64,000 nucleotides of DNA from NCBI GenBank assembly GCA_047495785.1, contig JBLDXI010000020.1:620001-684000 (forward strand), read 5' to 3'. Every line of letters starts with the position of its first letter. The first letter of the stretch is position 1. Source of the DNA: Lepidodermella squamata (lineage: Eukaryota; Animalia; Gastrotricha). The notes under the pieces are model-generated. The model saw nothing but the letters and a program-made list of their open reading frames with translations. It did no database searches and was not told the DNA's origin. The translations under genes were made by a program, and so were the position numbers. Positions 1 through 13,108 of the stretch are shown here, piece by piece.

Positions 1-1130
1 CTCGCCTGGTGTCCTGGCGGTCAAGTTTTCTTGATAATGGCCGTGCTCGTCCGCTGTTTTCAGGCGATAGGCTGTTCTATGTGCGTAACGGCGGCTTTTG
101 CGGTTATTGCCAAAGAATTTCCGGCAAACACAGCTACGTTTATCGGATTTATCGAACTTTTCGAAGGCTTGGGTTTCATGTCTGGACCACCAGGTTGGCC
201 ATTTCAGTATCAAATGTATAGTTACTAACTAAATTGACGATTTCTAGTCGGAGGTGGTCTATACCAGCTCGGCGGATTTCCTCTCCCGTTTTTCGCAGCC
301 GGCGGATGTCTGCTATTATTCGGCATTTTAGCTCAGATTACACTCAGCTGTGGCGAACGAAGCCCTGACGCCCCCGAGGAGGAACAACCAATAAGTCTAA
401 AAAGCTTCTTTTCGAACGGCGTTGTCATTTTAAGCGGTCTCTTCGCGGTTTCAAGTGCAATTCTCGTGACGAGTTATGATCCCAGTCTTCCGCAAGAGCT
501 AGGTAAGATCCGTAAAGCCATTAAATTTTGTGACTTAAATTTTGCAAATTTAGCCAATCGTGATTCTATATTTCTAAATCTATCCCTTGTTGGCCTTGTG
601 TTTTTCCTCGACTCGGTAACTTATGCTCTCGTGTCGCCGGTTGTTGGCTACATTTCTGACAAAACTAATAAAAATTTCCTTCTTGTGGTAAATTTTGACT
701 GTGGACATTGAACTTGGTCTAAATTGAGTTATACTCACAGGCTATCGGACACATCGGATTTTTAGTCGCTTATCTGCTAATGGGACCACTGCCATGGCTG
801 CCCATTCCGAGTAACGAATTCTGGCCTATTATTTTAGCTGTTACCTTGGTTGGAATCTCTGTCTCCTTCGGTTTCATGCCAACTTTCCCAGCCATGATCG
901 AAGCATGCGAGAAAGCCGGCATGGAGAAAAATACTGCGCTACTTGGCCTGGTGTCCGGTTTTTTCTCGTCAGCGTCTAGCTTCGGCTCGTTTATTGGGCC
1001 ATTGCTTGGTGGCTATTTGACCGATACCCTTGGGTTTGCTTGGGCAAATTCCGTTATGTGCTTGTTTCCGATTTTTAACCTATTGTGCCTTGCTATATAT
1101 GCGGTTCATTCTAAAATTTCGGTGCATTGA
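1..1130 (+). CDS. SLC18B1: MFS transporter SLC18B1-like, paralog A (5' part outside window)
   Basis: Spliced exons give AVIAKEFP..FIELFEGLGFMSGPPVGGGLYQLGGF..SPVVGYISDK..GSFIGPLLGGYLTDTLGF; GT-AG introns at 194-247, 503-553 and ~688-740. Confidence 0.85.
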
Positions 1131-1389
1131 TTTTGTATGGCTTGAGCTCATCACTGCTATACAACTTTCAAATATCGCATACTCCTGCTCTACTGGTGTT
1201 ATTTTCACAATCAGAATCGATTGGTCTTTATTTTATTTCAACGCTTTAAAGAGTCTCTTTGAAAACGAATCCGCTTATTTAAAACTTACGTCCCTTCCTA
1301 GTTTAGGTGGAAAAGTCATTAATTCTAGTTTTATTTGGCAATGAAGGTCTAGGCAATCGGTCGAACACCAGATTGGGATTATAATAGGG

Positions 1390-2967
1390 ATGGCAGCGAT
1401 TGACGACGACGAAAGCGTGCCGATTCGGGAACCTGAAGACGCACTGATCAATGCCGCAATCGTCGAAGCCCCGCCTCAAGTCGCTGTCGTCGATCCTAAT
1501 GCTAGCAATTCACAAAACGCTTCTTTCATCGCTTTGTTCAGGGAGATGACATGGCGACAGCGTATCACAGTATTCACGGCTGCTTTCGTCAATTTTACTG
1601 CTCTTTGTTGCTTTTCTATGATGGCCCCGTTTTTACCCCTTGAAGCGACTGCTAAGGGTAGGCGACCCCAAAATAAACATTTTCAGTGTTTTTCATTGAA
1701 ATGATGTAACAGGAATAAATGACACAACAGTCGGCATAATATTCGCTTGCTTTCAGTTCGTCATGTTCGTATGCAGCATTATCTTCGGCCGCTATATCAC
1801 GGCGATCGGTGCGAGATTCATGTACATCGGCGGAATATTAATTGGCGGGTCGTGTACGATACTGTTTGGATTTCTCGAATGGTGCCCTCCCGGTATGACC
1901 TTCGCCGGGATGGCTATAGCCTGCCGCACTGTCGAAGCCATCGGCTGCTCGATGAGTCAAACTGCGTCGACAGCGGTTATCGCCAACGAATTTCCTGACC
2001 GGGTTGCGACAATTCTTGGGACGTTAGAAGCAGTTACTGGACTAGGCTTGATGCTGGGTCCAACTATTGGAGGCGCATTATACGACCTGGGCGGATTTTT
2101 CTTGCCATTTGTTGTGGTTGGCGCTGTTTTCTGTTTGGCTGGCGTGGTCGCGTCTTTCATGCTGCCTGAAATAGCTATACCACCGCAAAAAGATCGAGGC
2201 GCTTTGGCGATAAAATTTGTCAAAGTTCCCGCTGTCATCGTTTGCGCCATTTCCGTCTTCATATGTGCCACGATGATGTCCTTCTTTGATCCGATTTTAT
2301 CAAAACAGCTAAGTGAGTTTATCCGAGTTTCTTTTTGCTTTTATTTGATTGCAATTCTATGCCTAGTTGTTATTGATCCGAATCTCGCGAATTCTCAAAT
2401 TTTGATTGGACTGGTTTTCCTTGTTATGCCGGGTCTGTATGCTTTCTTATCTCCGTTCGTTGGCTATCTCGCTGACACTTTCAAGCATCAACTGCCCCTT
2501 TTGGTGAATTGAGCAGTTTTGTTATCTCATTATTAATCTTGCTTAATTTTTAGGTACTCGGCAGCTTTGGGTTCATTGTCAGCTTCGTTCTGATGGGACC
2601 ATGCCCGCTATTGACTTTTCTACCCGTGAAAACGTTGTGGCTATTGATAGTCGCCCAAGCCCTCATGGGTCTCTCTTGTCCCTTCTCTTTCATGCCAGCT
2701 TTTGCGATCATTAACAAGGATTGCACAGATGCTGGTCTGCCGAGCGATCTGGATTTGTTCGGCCTGATATCCGGCTTTTTCGGTTTCAGTTTCAATCTCG
2801 GTGCATTTGCGGGCCCGCTCATTGGTGGCGTGCTCATGCAGCATTTCGGCTTCGAATGGGCCACTTCAATAATGAGCCTGGCACCTTTGCCGGCTCTTTT
2901 TGCAATGGCTTGTTACGCTATATCGAAATGCCAGCGACGCAGCAGCCCAATCGAACCATACGCCTGA
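1390..2967 (+). CDS. SLC18B1: MFS transporter SLC18B1-like, paralog B
   Basis: FSMMAPFLPLEATAKG, RTVEAIGCSM, ANEFPDRVATILGTLEAVTGLGLMLGPTIGG, GAFAGPLIGG; multi-TM MFS pattern; three short introns. Confidence 0.88.
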
Positions 2968-3124
2968 CAAAGTCGAAGATCAATTGTTATTTTAACCGGT
3001 GGCTACCTTCTTCTATATTTCAATCTTTTTTATATTTTTTATGGTCCAATCACTTAGACGCACCTTTATCTGATGACATAAAATCATTTCCTTCGCTAGA
3101 GTTTGTCTTTGTTTTTGATGAAAA

Positions 3125-4746
3125 ATGGATGAAGAATCGAAGAGTGTGGGGTACAATGACGCGACTCCGATTATATCGGGTAAACAATCCGCTGCTGGGT
3201 TTTACGGCTCCGTACATTCTATAAAGGGAAGCGGAGAGCCGGCTGCTGAACAGGATATGTCAGTTTTGAAGCTGCTGAGAGAAATGTCATGGAAGAAAAA
3301 ACTTACTGCGATTACTGCGGCTCTCGTCAATTTTTCCGCCCTAGCGTGTTTTGCGATAATGGCCCCCTTTTTACCGTTAGAGGCTGCTTCTAAAGGTAGG
3401 CATGGACTTATTTTTGTACGAAATAATTCAATTATGAAGAAAGGCATCGATGATACTGCCGTTGGTGCGATTTTCGCATGTTTTCAATTGGTAACGTTCA
3501 CGTCTAGTTTGTTTCTCGGTCGTTTCATGTCTGCAATTGGTCCTCGTTTCATGTACATTGCTGGTATCTTACTTGGATCCGTGTGCACGATTTTATTCGG
3601 ACTGCTGGAATGGTGCCCACCGGGTAGTGTATTTTTAGGCATGGCCATAGCGTGTCGGTTAGTTGAGGCTCTGGGAGCCGCTATGTGCCAAACTGCTTCC
3701 ATGGCCATTCTCGCAAATGAGTTCCCTGACCGTGTCTCAACTGTAATGGGCTTACTGGAGACTTTCGCCGGACTAGGCTTGATGGCAGGACCTCCAATAG
3801 GGTTCGAAGTCTCGTTTTCAATTAGGTAGCACTGAAATCATATAATTTTGTGGTTAATTAACACAGAGGGGTGCTATTCGAGCTTGGTGGCTTTTTCTTA
3901 CCCTTTTTGGTTGTTGGCCTGGTGTTTTTCTGCACCGGACTGGTTGCGTTGTACATCTTACCGCCGCAAATAGTCGCAGCCCCAAAAGATCGGAGTGCTT
4001 TGTTCAAATCATTCATTAAGATACCAACAGTACTCGCTTGTGGATTGGGCGTTATTACAACAGCTACCATGATAACGTATTTGGATCCTACCCTTGCGCC
4101 GCATTTAGGTGGATTAATGTCTTTTCTAGCCTAAGTTTTTATCAAATATTATATTTTACTTACAGCTGAAGTGGATCCTGCCCTCGCCAACTCCCAAGCC
4201 CTTATTGGGCTCATTTTTCTGGTGGAGCCATGTTTATACGCAATTCTTTCGCCATTCATTGGTTATATATCCGATGTTGCCAAGTACCCTTTGCCGCTAT
4301 TAGTAAGCCATTCGATTATTAATTTGTCTCTGCCTTAAAAACACGTATAAAATCAGGCAGTGGGAAATGCAGGATTCATTTTAGCCTACTTACTTCTTGG
4401 ACCATGTCCTCTTTTCGGAATTCCCCCGAAAATGCTGTGGCTGACAATAGTATCGCTGGCCCTACTTGGAGTTTTCATATCCTTCTGTTTCATGCCGGCG
4501 TTTTCAGCAATGAACAGGGCGGCCGTTTCTGCTGGTCTGCAGAATGATATTGATCTCTACGGTATTATCGCCGGGTTTTTCGGTTCATCTTTCAATTTTG
4601 GGGCTTTTATTGGACCATTGCTTGGCGGTATTTTAGTGCAAAATTTCGGCTACGAAGTTGCCACCAGTATTGTTGCTTTATTTCCTTTGATTAATTTGAG
4701 CGTTTTAGCGGTGCTTGGCATCTTCGCTTGGCGATCAGGTCTTTGA
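3125..4746 (+). CDS. SLC18B1: MFS transporter SLC18B1-like, paralog C
   Basis: Collinear with paralog B (APFLPLEAASKG, ANEFPDRVSTVMGLLETFAGLGLMAGPPIGG, GAFIGPLLGG); four short introns. Confidence 0.88.
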
Positions 4747-5149
4747 TTTGATATCATCAATTTTCTATTACTACGATTTTTGATTTGACATCACATGAAA
4801 AGTGCGACATTTTTTCACTTTAGACAAGTTAATTAGACAAAGCGTTGTGCAATCGGAAAGGTCCTGACGGAATTGTTGGCTGGCTTATTTGTAGTTTTTT
4901 CCATTGTTTCGTCTTTTAGCGTTTTTTGCAGAACTCGGGAAATTTGCACCATATTCAAAGGCTTCTGCCTTCGCACAGAAGTCATCCGTTGAAATACCAA
5001 TACTCGGTGCTACTGCTTATTTGCCCTCCAGCTCCCTTAGCTCTTTCAAGTGTTTCAATTCTTCCGTCACCCCCGAATATGCTATCGCAAGCTTGCAACA
5101 ATAAATTGTATCTTTAGACTTTTAATTTCTACTGTTGGTTTTTATTCGC

Positions 5150-8100
5150 ATGGACATACGAAAGTTTTTCGGCGGAAAATCACCTGCTGCTCCTGCAGCT
5201 ACTGGGGCATCAGCTGCCCCTTCGGCAACCCTTGGAGAATTCAAGAAGCAGCTGAAATCGCAAGAATCTACAGCGAAATCGCCTGATGTCAAGTCACCGG
5301 TTCGCTCCTCCCCTCGAAAGAGCGCTTCAAAGCCGGAGCCACCGAAATCAAAGGCGAGTAGCAAAGCTTCGGCGAAGAAGATTAACGATGATGACGATTC
5401 TGTGATAGCTTTGTCTCAATCGCCACCCGCCTCTGTCAAAGAGAAAGTTAAAAAATCGAAAAAAACCGATGTCAATGAGGAAAAAGCGAATAAGAAGGTC
5501 AAAGCTAAAGGCGCCGAGTCAAAGGAAGTTGCCCCGCCTAGTCGCAAAGAAAAGGAAAAGGAAAAAGCTTTCCAGCTGTTGGATGATGATGATGTTGATA
5601 TGAACGATTCGGGCGATGATTTCGTGCCGAAGCATCGTGACAGCCCGAAGAAGGCTGGTCGAAAACGCGCGTCTACCGCTGCTGTCGATGGCCCTAAAAA
5701 AGGACGTGGCTCTAAAACTATGATTTCAGACCACGAAGAAGAAGATGGGGCTGGTAGTAACAACGATGAAGAGGAAATTGTTCGGAAAAAAGCGAAGGTC
5801 GTGGCGAAGAGACGGAAAAACGAAGATGATAGCAATGATGGGGAAGACGCCAAGCCGAAAAAAGAACCAGCGAAGAAGAAAAAGGATGCTAGTGTGGTTC
5901 GAGTTTTCGACTCGGACGACGAAGACGATGAGGGCGTTGATAAGGAGGCTCTAAAGCATGAACGGCAACAAAAAGCCGCAATGAAAAGGGCCATGAAACC
6001 AGGTACGATTCATAATCTGTTACTCCTGTGTGTAAAATATCGAATTTTGTTTAGATTCTCACGGATTGCGGAACCAGGACATTACTGTTGCTGTTAGCAC
6101 CGCCACTGTTCATAAACCGAAAGAAGTAGCTCAAAAGCCGCAAAAGCCTAACGTGATACCTCCGGTGAAGGAAATTTCCGCCGAAGCCTTTTTCGGCACA
6201 GACCCTGTTAAGCATCAACCGCATCGTGAGGAGCCGCCCAAGCAAACGTCGCCGATGATAATTGACGAAAAGGAACAGGACAAACCTGCTACTCCCACTC
6301 CTAAGAAACCTGCGCCGACCAAACCGACGCCGAAAAGCAAGTCGAAGGAAAGCCGTAAGCTTAGCTCAACATCGGTTGAAGAATACGTGCTACATGCGCC
6401 TCTTTCCCCAAAAGCTGTCGATAATCATGAGACGAAGCCGGTCACTCCCGCGAAAACGCCGGGCGGCAAGTCAGTGGCCACCCCGCCGAGTGGAATGGGC
6501 GACCGTCGGCACTCGAATTACTTGCAATTCGTTAACCGCGAGCCGCCCAAGCATTTGGGCGAAAAAGAGTTACCCACCGGTAGCCCAACCTGCTTAGAAG
6601 GCCTTTCATTCGTGTTGACTGGGGTTTTGGAGTCTTTCGAGCGCGATGATTTGAAGGAAGCACTCGAGAAAATGGGTGCTCGAGTGGTTGGATCGATCAG
6701 CAAAAAGACAAATTACGTGGTTGTCGGGCGGGAAGCAGGTCCAGCAAAGTTGGAAAAGGTTAGCTCTACTTCTTCATGAAACATAAAGGTTTCGATAAAG
6801 GTATGCTTTTCCGTAGATTCGAGAGCTGAACATCCATCAGTTGGACGAAGATGGTCTAATTGAGTTGATCAAATCGAAGAATGCATCGAAAACCCCGGTC
6901 GCTTCGCAGAAGCCTGCACCGAGCCAGTCAGCCTCGAAAGCTAAGCAAGAGCCGGTGAAAGCAGAGCCTGTAAAACGACCACCATCTGCCACTCAGAAAT
7001 CCCCAGCCAAATCCGTAACTACGGAGGTTAAACCTGAGCGGAAGTTGCCTTCTACCTTAAGCCAACCGGTCAAGGCAGAGGCTATGAAAATTATGGAGCA
7101 GAAACAAGCATTATCTCAGCCGACTGGCAAACCCACGTTGCCCGCTGCCGCTGCTTCTGGACCAACTGAGCTTTGGGTTGAAAAATACAAACCGAAAATG
7201 GTGAAAAGCGTCGTTGGCCAGCAGGGTGATAGAAGCTGCGTTCAAAAGCTTCTGATGTGGCTTCGTAATTGGAAGAAAAATCTCGGCGTAAAGCCGAATC
7301 TCAATCCTTATGGTAGTCTTTCATGATTGAATTTCGCTTAAGTTTCAACTTTGTATTTTACTAGCTTCGAATCCAGATGGAGCTGGTTTGAAGGCAGCTC
7401 TTCTTTCCGGCCCTCCTGGAGTCGGCAAGACAACTTCCGCTCATCTGGTTTGCAAGGAACTTGGCATATCGTTAGTCGAAATGAATGCTTCAGACACCCG
7501 CTCGAAGAAAAGCTTGGAATCTTGGGTGTCCACTCTGTTGCAATCTCGGTCCATCGACGACTGCCACGGCAATAAAGCTCCCCAAAACCCTGATATACCT
7601 GAACACGTCTTGATCATGGACGAAGTCGATGGCATGGCCGGTAATGAAGATCGCGGTGGTATTGCTGAGCTCATTGGGCTGATCAAAAAGTCCAAGATCC
7701 CTGTCATCTGCATTTGCAACGATCGATCAGCGCAGAAAATCCGATCGCTTGCTAACTACTGCTTTGATTTACGTTTCCAAAAGCCGCGGCCCGAACAAAT
7801 TAAGGCGGCTATGATGTCGATTACGTGCAAAGAGGGCGTTAAAATCCCGCCCGAGTTCATTTCGGAAGTCATCGAAGCCACAAATTCTGATTTGCGTCAA
7901 GTCATCAATCAGGTACGGCTGGGTTCGCTTAGGAAATTTGATATTCAGCGTTTATTTTGCAGCTTCAAATGTATGCAAGTCAAAGCAAGGGCTCAATGGC
8001 GACGTGGCATGCTCGAAAGGACGTTCGCATGGGAATTTTCCAGCTCTCAGAGAAAATTTTCACCTACGAAGAAAACAAACATATGAAGGTACCAGATCGC

Positions 8101-9009
8101 ATGGAACTCTTCTTTCAGGACTACTCGCTCGTCCCGCTTTTCGTGCATGAAAATTACGCTCAAGTGTGGCCGCACAAGGCATCTGTGATGGGCGGCGGTA
8201 AGGCCACGCAGCGCAAAGCTGTTCGTTTGCTGGCTCAGGCCGCCGATTCGTTGAGCTTAGGCGATACCCTCGAGCGTGCGATTCGCACTTCGAACGATTG
8301 GAGTTTGCTTAGTGGCCAGGCTCTTCTCAGCTGTGCCATCCCGTCGTATTTGATGAGCGGATCAGGGCGGTCGAACAACTTCCCTGGCTGGTTTGGTAAA
8401 TTCTCCCACGCTGGCAAGGTTTCCCGCCTTTGCCGCCAGCTCGGGCTTCACACATCCCTGGCAACCGGAATCGCTGGTAACACAAGTTTCGCTCAGGACT
8501 ACGTCCCTGCTCTTCATCGTGCTGTTATCGACCCGTTGCTGCGTGAGGGTGAAGCCGGAGTGGCGAAAGTTATTCAAGTTTTCGAGTACTACGACCTGAT
8601 TCGCGAAGACTTGGACGCGCTGCTGGAGGTTGACATGTGGCCGAACCGGCCTGACGAGTGGAAACAAGTTGATAGCAAGGTGAAGGCCTCGCTCACCCGG
8701 CAGTACAACAAATCGGGTCACATGACCCATTACGCCATGTCGATTGTCAGTGGAGGTCGGAAACGGGGTGCGACTGCTGCTGAGGCTGACGATGAACTGG
8801 AGGGTCTCCTCGGCGAGGAAGAAGGAGGTTCTCGCGCGAATAACAATGAGTCCGGCAGTGAAAGTGACGATGACAACGACCCGATGATCAAAGCCAATGC
8901 TGGCAAGGGTCGTGGGCGAGGAACGACTGCAGGGGCTGCGGCCTCGACGCGAGGTGCTGCTCGTGGGGGTGGCCGCGGCAGCCGAGGCGGCCGAGGTGCC
9001 AAAAAGTGA
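5150..9009 (+). CDS. RFC1: Replication factor C large subunit
   Basis: N-terminus MDIRKFFG; BRCT domain ([33 protein letters not shown]); LWVEKYKP; Walker A GPPGVGKT; Walker B MDEVDGM; RFC1 C-terminal domain ([15 protein letters not shown]; [14 protein letters not shown]); Arg/Gly tail; 4 introns. Confidence 0.97.
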
Positions 9010-9260
9010 TACGTTCCGGGTAAAACGTGACCTTATGTGATTTTAGTCCTTGTATCTCGCTCGCCGCCATGATTTATCTCGATTTTTCAATTCGACGTTT
9101 GCGTTGATCAACGTGTTTTACGTTTCTTTTCCTAAAAATGATCGTTGCTCACTAGATACCGCTCAGGCATAACGAAGCATGGCTACGAATAAAAACATTT
9201 TTGTATATCCAGTTCTTCTTTTATTAAATTCCCATAAAATATGAAACGGTAAAACGCATC

Positions 9261-10976
9261 TCAAGACCAAGCAACTTTTCTGCCAGGTTTAGCTGGTTTC
9301 TCACGGACAATTGGCGATACTGGCGGGGTGGGGTCGTTTAGGTAAGTTTTTGTCGCCAAAACCTGCGAAACGGCGTAGGCTAGGCCGAAACCAACGAAGA
9401 CTGCGCACGCCACAAGAGCGAGTGAAAGACGCTTCGGGCGCCACCATACGTTGCTGACTGAGCCGTTGATCGAATGCATGTAAGAAATGCCGATTCCAAG
9501 TGCCATTAATGCCAATGAGATGACAATGAGAAAAGAAAACAACAATCCAGACTTGGTTTCAGATAGCGGTATGCTTGGTATCCATCTCCTTTGCCTAAAA
9601 TTGAATTCAATAATAGTTAAGGCGTAAAAAATAGCATTCGTCAACTCACGAAATTTCTTCCTTGCAGCAGCAGAAGATTATTAGCAGCGTTAACGCCCCA
9701 AAGGCGAGCACAGCGACCGCAATCGCCAGGTAGGTGTAATGTAGTTTCAGCTTCGAATTCCTCTGCGTTGTCGTCGTAAGCCAGCCGTACAAATAAGGGT
9801 CTATCAGTGGCTGGTTCCAATCACCTGGTGAGTAAGGACCTCCTGGTGAATAAGGACCTCCAGGTGAATAAGAACCACCCGGTTGCGATTGTGGCGGATA
9901 TCCCTGGGGAGGTGGACCTTCGGGGAATCTTTGCGATTGGTCGATAGGGTAAGGCTGGTAATCAGGCCGATTCGCTGAAGGTCCTGGGATCATTACGACC
10001 TGCCCACCTGGTCCGATAACAACCACCGGCTGACTCGTCGTAGAGCGCGGTGTCAATAAGGGTGGGGCAGTGAAGGTCTGTTGATAGCGCGGCGTTAGTA
10101 ACGGCGGAACAGAGTAGTCCTGTTGCCAATATGGCAAGCTTGTCGAAGAGATGGGTAAAGGTCGGTTCGTTAAAAATGGATAGTTAGTCAAGTATGCGGG
10201 AGTGGTTGCAAATATTCGGGTTGTCTCTGGCAAAGGCGTTGATGGTAATCGACTATTCGATTTCTTTGAAGAGCCATAAACCTCGATGAATAAAGGTGCG
10301 GTATTTTTGTTGATTGAGCTGACGGAAATCGTGCCTTCAACAGCATTCTAATAAAAATGTATCGGTAATCAATTTTATTACCAGCTAATAATCTAAAATT
10401 TTACCTTGAACACGAAGATGTGCCACTGGTGGTTGGAGCCTATGAGAGGTGAAATGCTATCCTTTACAGGAGATATCACAAAGTGATTGCTCGTGTCGTA
10501 ATCTTTCGGCAGCAGTTCGGCCATTATCGGCGTCGAGGAACCGTAAGTGACAACAGAAACGTAAACTTGGTGCACAAAGTTGTAAACCGGGAAATCTTGG
10601 CGCCATGAAATTGGGTAACTTTGATGCAGCAGATAAACAGGAAGCCAATCTGACGGTAATTCCTGAGAATCGGAAATTCGATATTCGTGATGCTCATTTT
10701 AAAAAAAAACGTGCGTTATACCTGAGTCATTTCGAACATGGTTTCGATGTCTCGCACGTACCCAGGTGGATTGTAGCGATCGGGTGGTGCTGCGGTTGTA
10801 AGTGTGGCCGAGCTGGCATAGCGTAGACATACCGTGACTAAAATGATCAGCTTGGCTATAATTTTGGACACGCGCAAGTTAGGAGAAACCGGGAGTTTTC
10901 TTGCTTTGTTTGTCAGCCAACAGCAACTACACCAACAGAAATGCTCTGAGCTATAGCTATTTGAGCTGTCAATCAT
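9261..10976 (-). CDS. Uncharacterised membrane protein, family member A (signal, ectodomain, Pro/Thr stalk, 3 TM)
   Basis: Four exons splice in frame; hydrophobic N-terminal segment IIAKLIILVTVCL; TMs YLAIAVAVLAFGALTLLIIFCCC, LLFSFLIVISLALMALGIGI and LSLALVACAVFVGFGLAYAV. Start codon uncertain. Confidence 0.75.
9823..9880 (-). repeat. Coding 18-bp tandem repeat (YSPGGP, about 3 copies)
   Basis: Forward cctggtgagtaaggacct / cctggtgaataaggacct / ccaggtgaataagaacca. Confidence 0.85.
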
Positions 10977-11887
10977 GCAGGTTTTTCTCTTCTGGTTTTC
11001 ATGAAATTTATGACCTAGATCGAATATATCTGTTGAGAAAAATAATTTCAAATTAAAATGTACGCCTTGAAATTTTGTTTACCCAGACAAATAAAACTAT
11101 CATACCTATGCGTATAAAAAAATAAATAAAATTTTGACAGGTGTATATACATGTCGCAAAGGTAAGATATTCAGACGTAAATTCGAAGCCGTGCGAGTCG
11201 CGATGGGCAATAAACGATATTTACATGTTTGCGCGGGCATAAAAACAACGGCGATTCCTTATATGCAGGGCGAGTATTTGCGATTTCGATAACAGGGACG
11301 CTGGCCACTGGTCACTTGGCTGCGAAATTTGAAAGACCGGCCGGCGACGCGCGCACACGCCATTTATATGAATGATTCGTACGCCGCTGTTGTCGCGACA
11401 GCGAACAATTAGCCGTTGCTAGGCTCGGCCCGCTGTGATTGTTTTCCTCAGCCGTCCGCCAGGCATTATTCACCGGCAAGTCACCATGTCGCATACATAT
11501 TTCAGTTTTTGCTTTAATTGTTTGAAATCGATTCGTGGGAAGTTGAAAATTTCCGGATTCGCGCAACACGTGCGAGAAGACGGAGCTAAAAGCATAAACT
11601 GTTTCCTCGACACAAAATCATCCAAAAAATGTGATGGTTTACGCATTGAAAAAATTTTATTGCTAGTTGAATCCGAACTTCCGCCGTGCTCTTCCGGTAA
11701 AGTCATAAAAGTTCAAGCTGGAGCGAATGACTCAAAATATAAAAAATTATGCTGTGTTTATTGCATTTTTTCAGCGATGAGATTCCATGTAAGGGATACA
11801 GTGAAAGGAAGAAAAGAGTGACATTTTGATATGTTTGAACATTCACACTGGACTCATGACATCAAAATTAGGTTGCAGTTCCAAATT

Positions 11888-12976
11888 TCAATAATTTCTA
11901 GCGGTTTTCTCCTGTTTCTCCATTTTCTCGACGTAGGTTGCGACAGTCAGAATTGCAACGGAGTCCTCGTCTGAGGAAATGGCTACCGCCTGTTCTTCGT
12001 CATCTCCTCGCCGTTGGCTGCGAACATATATGCAGTGAACTAATACGTAGCTGACACAGCAAACTCCAAAGATAAGGGCGCAGGTGACAACGACCGAAAT
12101 GCGGCTGACTTGCCACCAATTCGCATTTTTCGTTTTGACTGAGTAACGCTCAGCTGTATACGCTCGAACTGTTGACGTAGACACGCCAAGTGCAATGAAA
12201 ATGGCAGCCATGAACGTTACGAAAGCAGCTAGAGACACGACTTCTCTTGTTCTCATTGGGAAAACAAATCGTGGAGATTCATGAGAAGACCTGGAATTTC
12301 AGAAAAATCTAAATTAGTTCATAGTTTTAGGCCTCGGAAATAGTTTGGCTTACTTTGGCGGGCAACCAGGCCAGCAAGCGACGATAAATACAATGACTAA
12401 AACTAGAGTGCCAAACGCTAGGGTTCCGATTGTTATTGCTAGGTAGACCTTCGAACTTTTATCGCTGGATTTAAGCGTCAAAATGGAAGAGCGAGGCGCT
12501 TCACGTTTGTGAATCTCGGCATTGCTGATAGTTGAGGTCTGGCTGACTCTGTTCTTTGCGAATTGATGCGATCGCTTCGTCGTCAACTCGTTGGCTTGGT
12601 GGTTTGATTGTTTAAATGGAAGCCATCGCGAACGCATGGCTGAGCTGTCGAAGGTGAGTGGAGCAAGGTACGTTGAAATAGATTCGCTATCAACCTCGCG
12701 CGACGATTTAGATGCATCGTTGCTTGAACTGAGGAACATAAGTTGGCGGAAACGGTGATTTGTTACTGAAGGCGATTTGGATGAAACGTTGAGAACTTGG
12801 TCTCTGCTTGCTGTGTTGCTCGATCGCGTTGCGCCAGCAATTAAAATGGCGATCAGAAATGTTCCCAGTGTTCCACCAAAGATGATCAGAGATAATGCCA
12901 TGAGATGGCACTTGTTCTTTTCATCCCGATTTCCTGTTATAGAAACCACCTGGTAACTCTGGGTAAGGCTCGGCAT
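11888..12976 (-). CDS. Uncharacterised membrane protein, family member B (short form)
   Basis: Two exons; YLAITIGTLAFGTLVLVIVFIVAC and NWWQVSRISVVVTCALIFG align to member A; same phase-2 intron after TM1. Confidence 0.75.
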
Positions 12977-13093
12977 TTTGCTACTGCGGAAAATGTATTA
13001 ATAGCTTATGTCATTCAACTGGCGGTTTTCGCCTATATATAAGCGTCTGGATGATTAATGGATCTAGCGATATACAGTAAATATAAACTCCGA

Positions 13094-13108
13094 GTTGCCA
13101 TGAGTGAC
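13094..13108. promoter_or_regulatory. Possible RFX X-box
   Basis: GTTGCC-ATG-AGTGAC resembles GTNRCC-N0-3-RGYAAC; about 120 bp upstream of member B ATG. Confidence 0.25.

Noticed and set aside
5416-9002. Long antisense ORFs over RFC1 (similar ones over PPP4R2, FKBP4, LRRIQ1, PDE8)
   Set aside because: Shadow frames of low-complexity or GC-rich coding sequence; no independent motifs.
11200-11821. Possible small gene between family members A and B (128-aa plus-strand or 78-aa minus-strand ORF)
   Set aside because: No recognisable domain; the only splice model needs an atypical GC-rich intron. Unresolved without RNA data.
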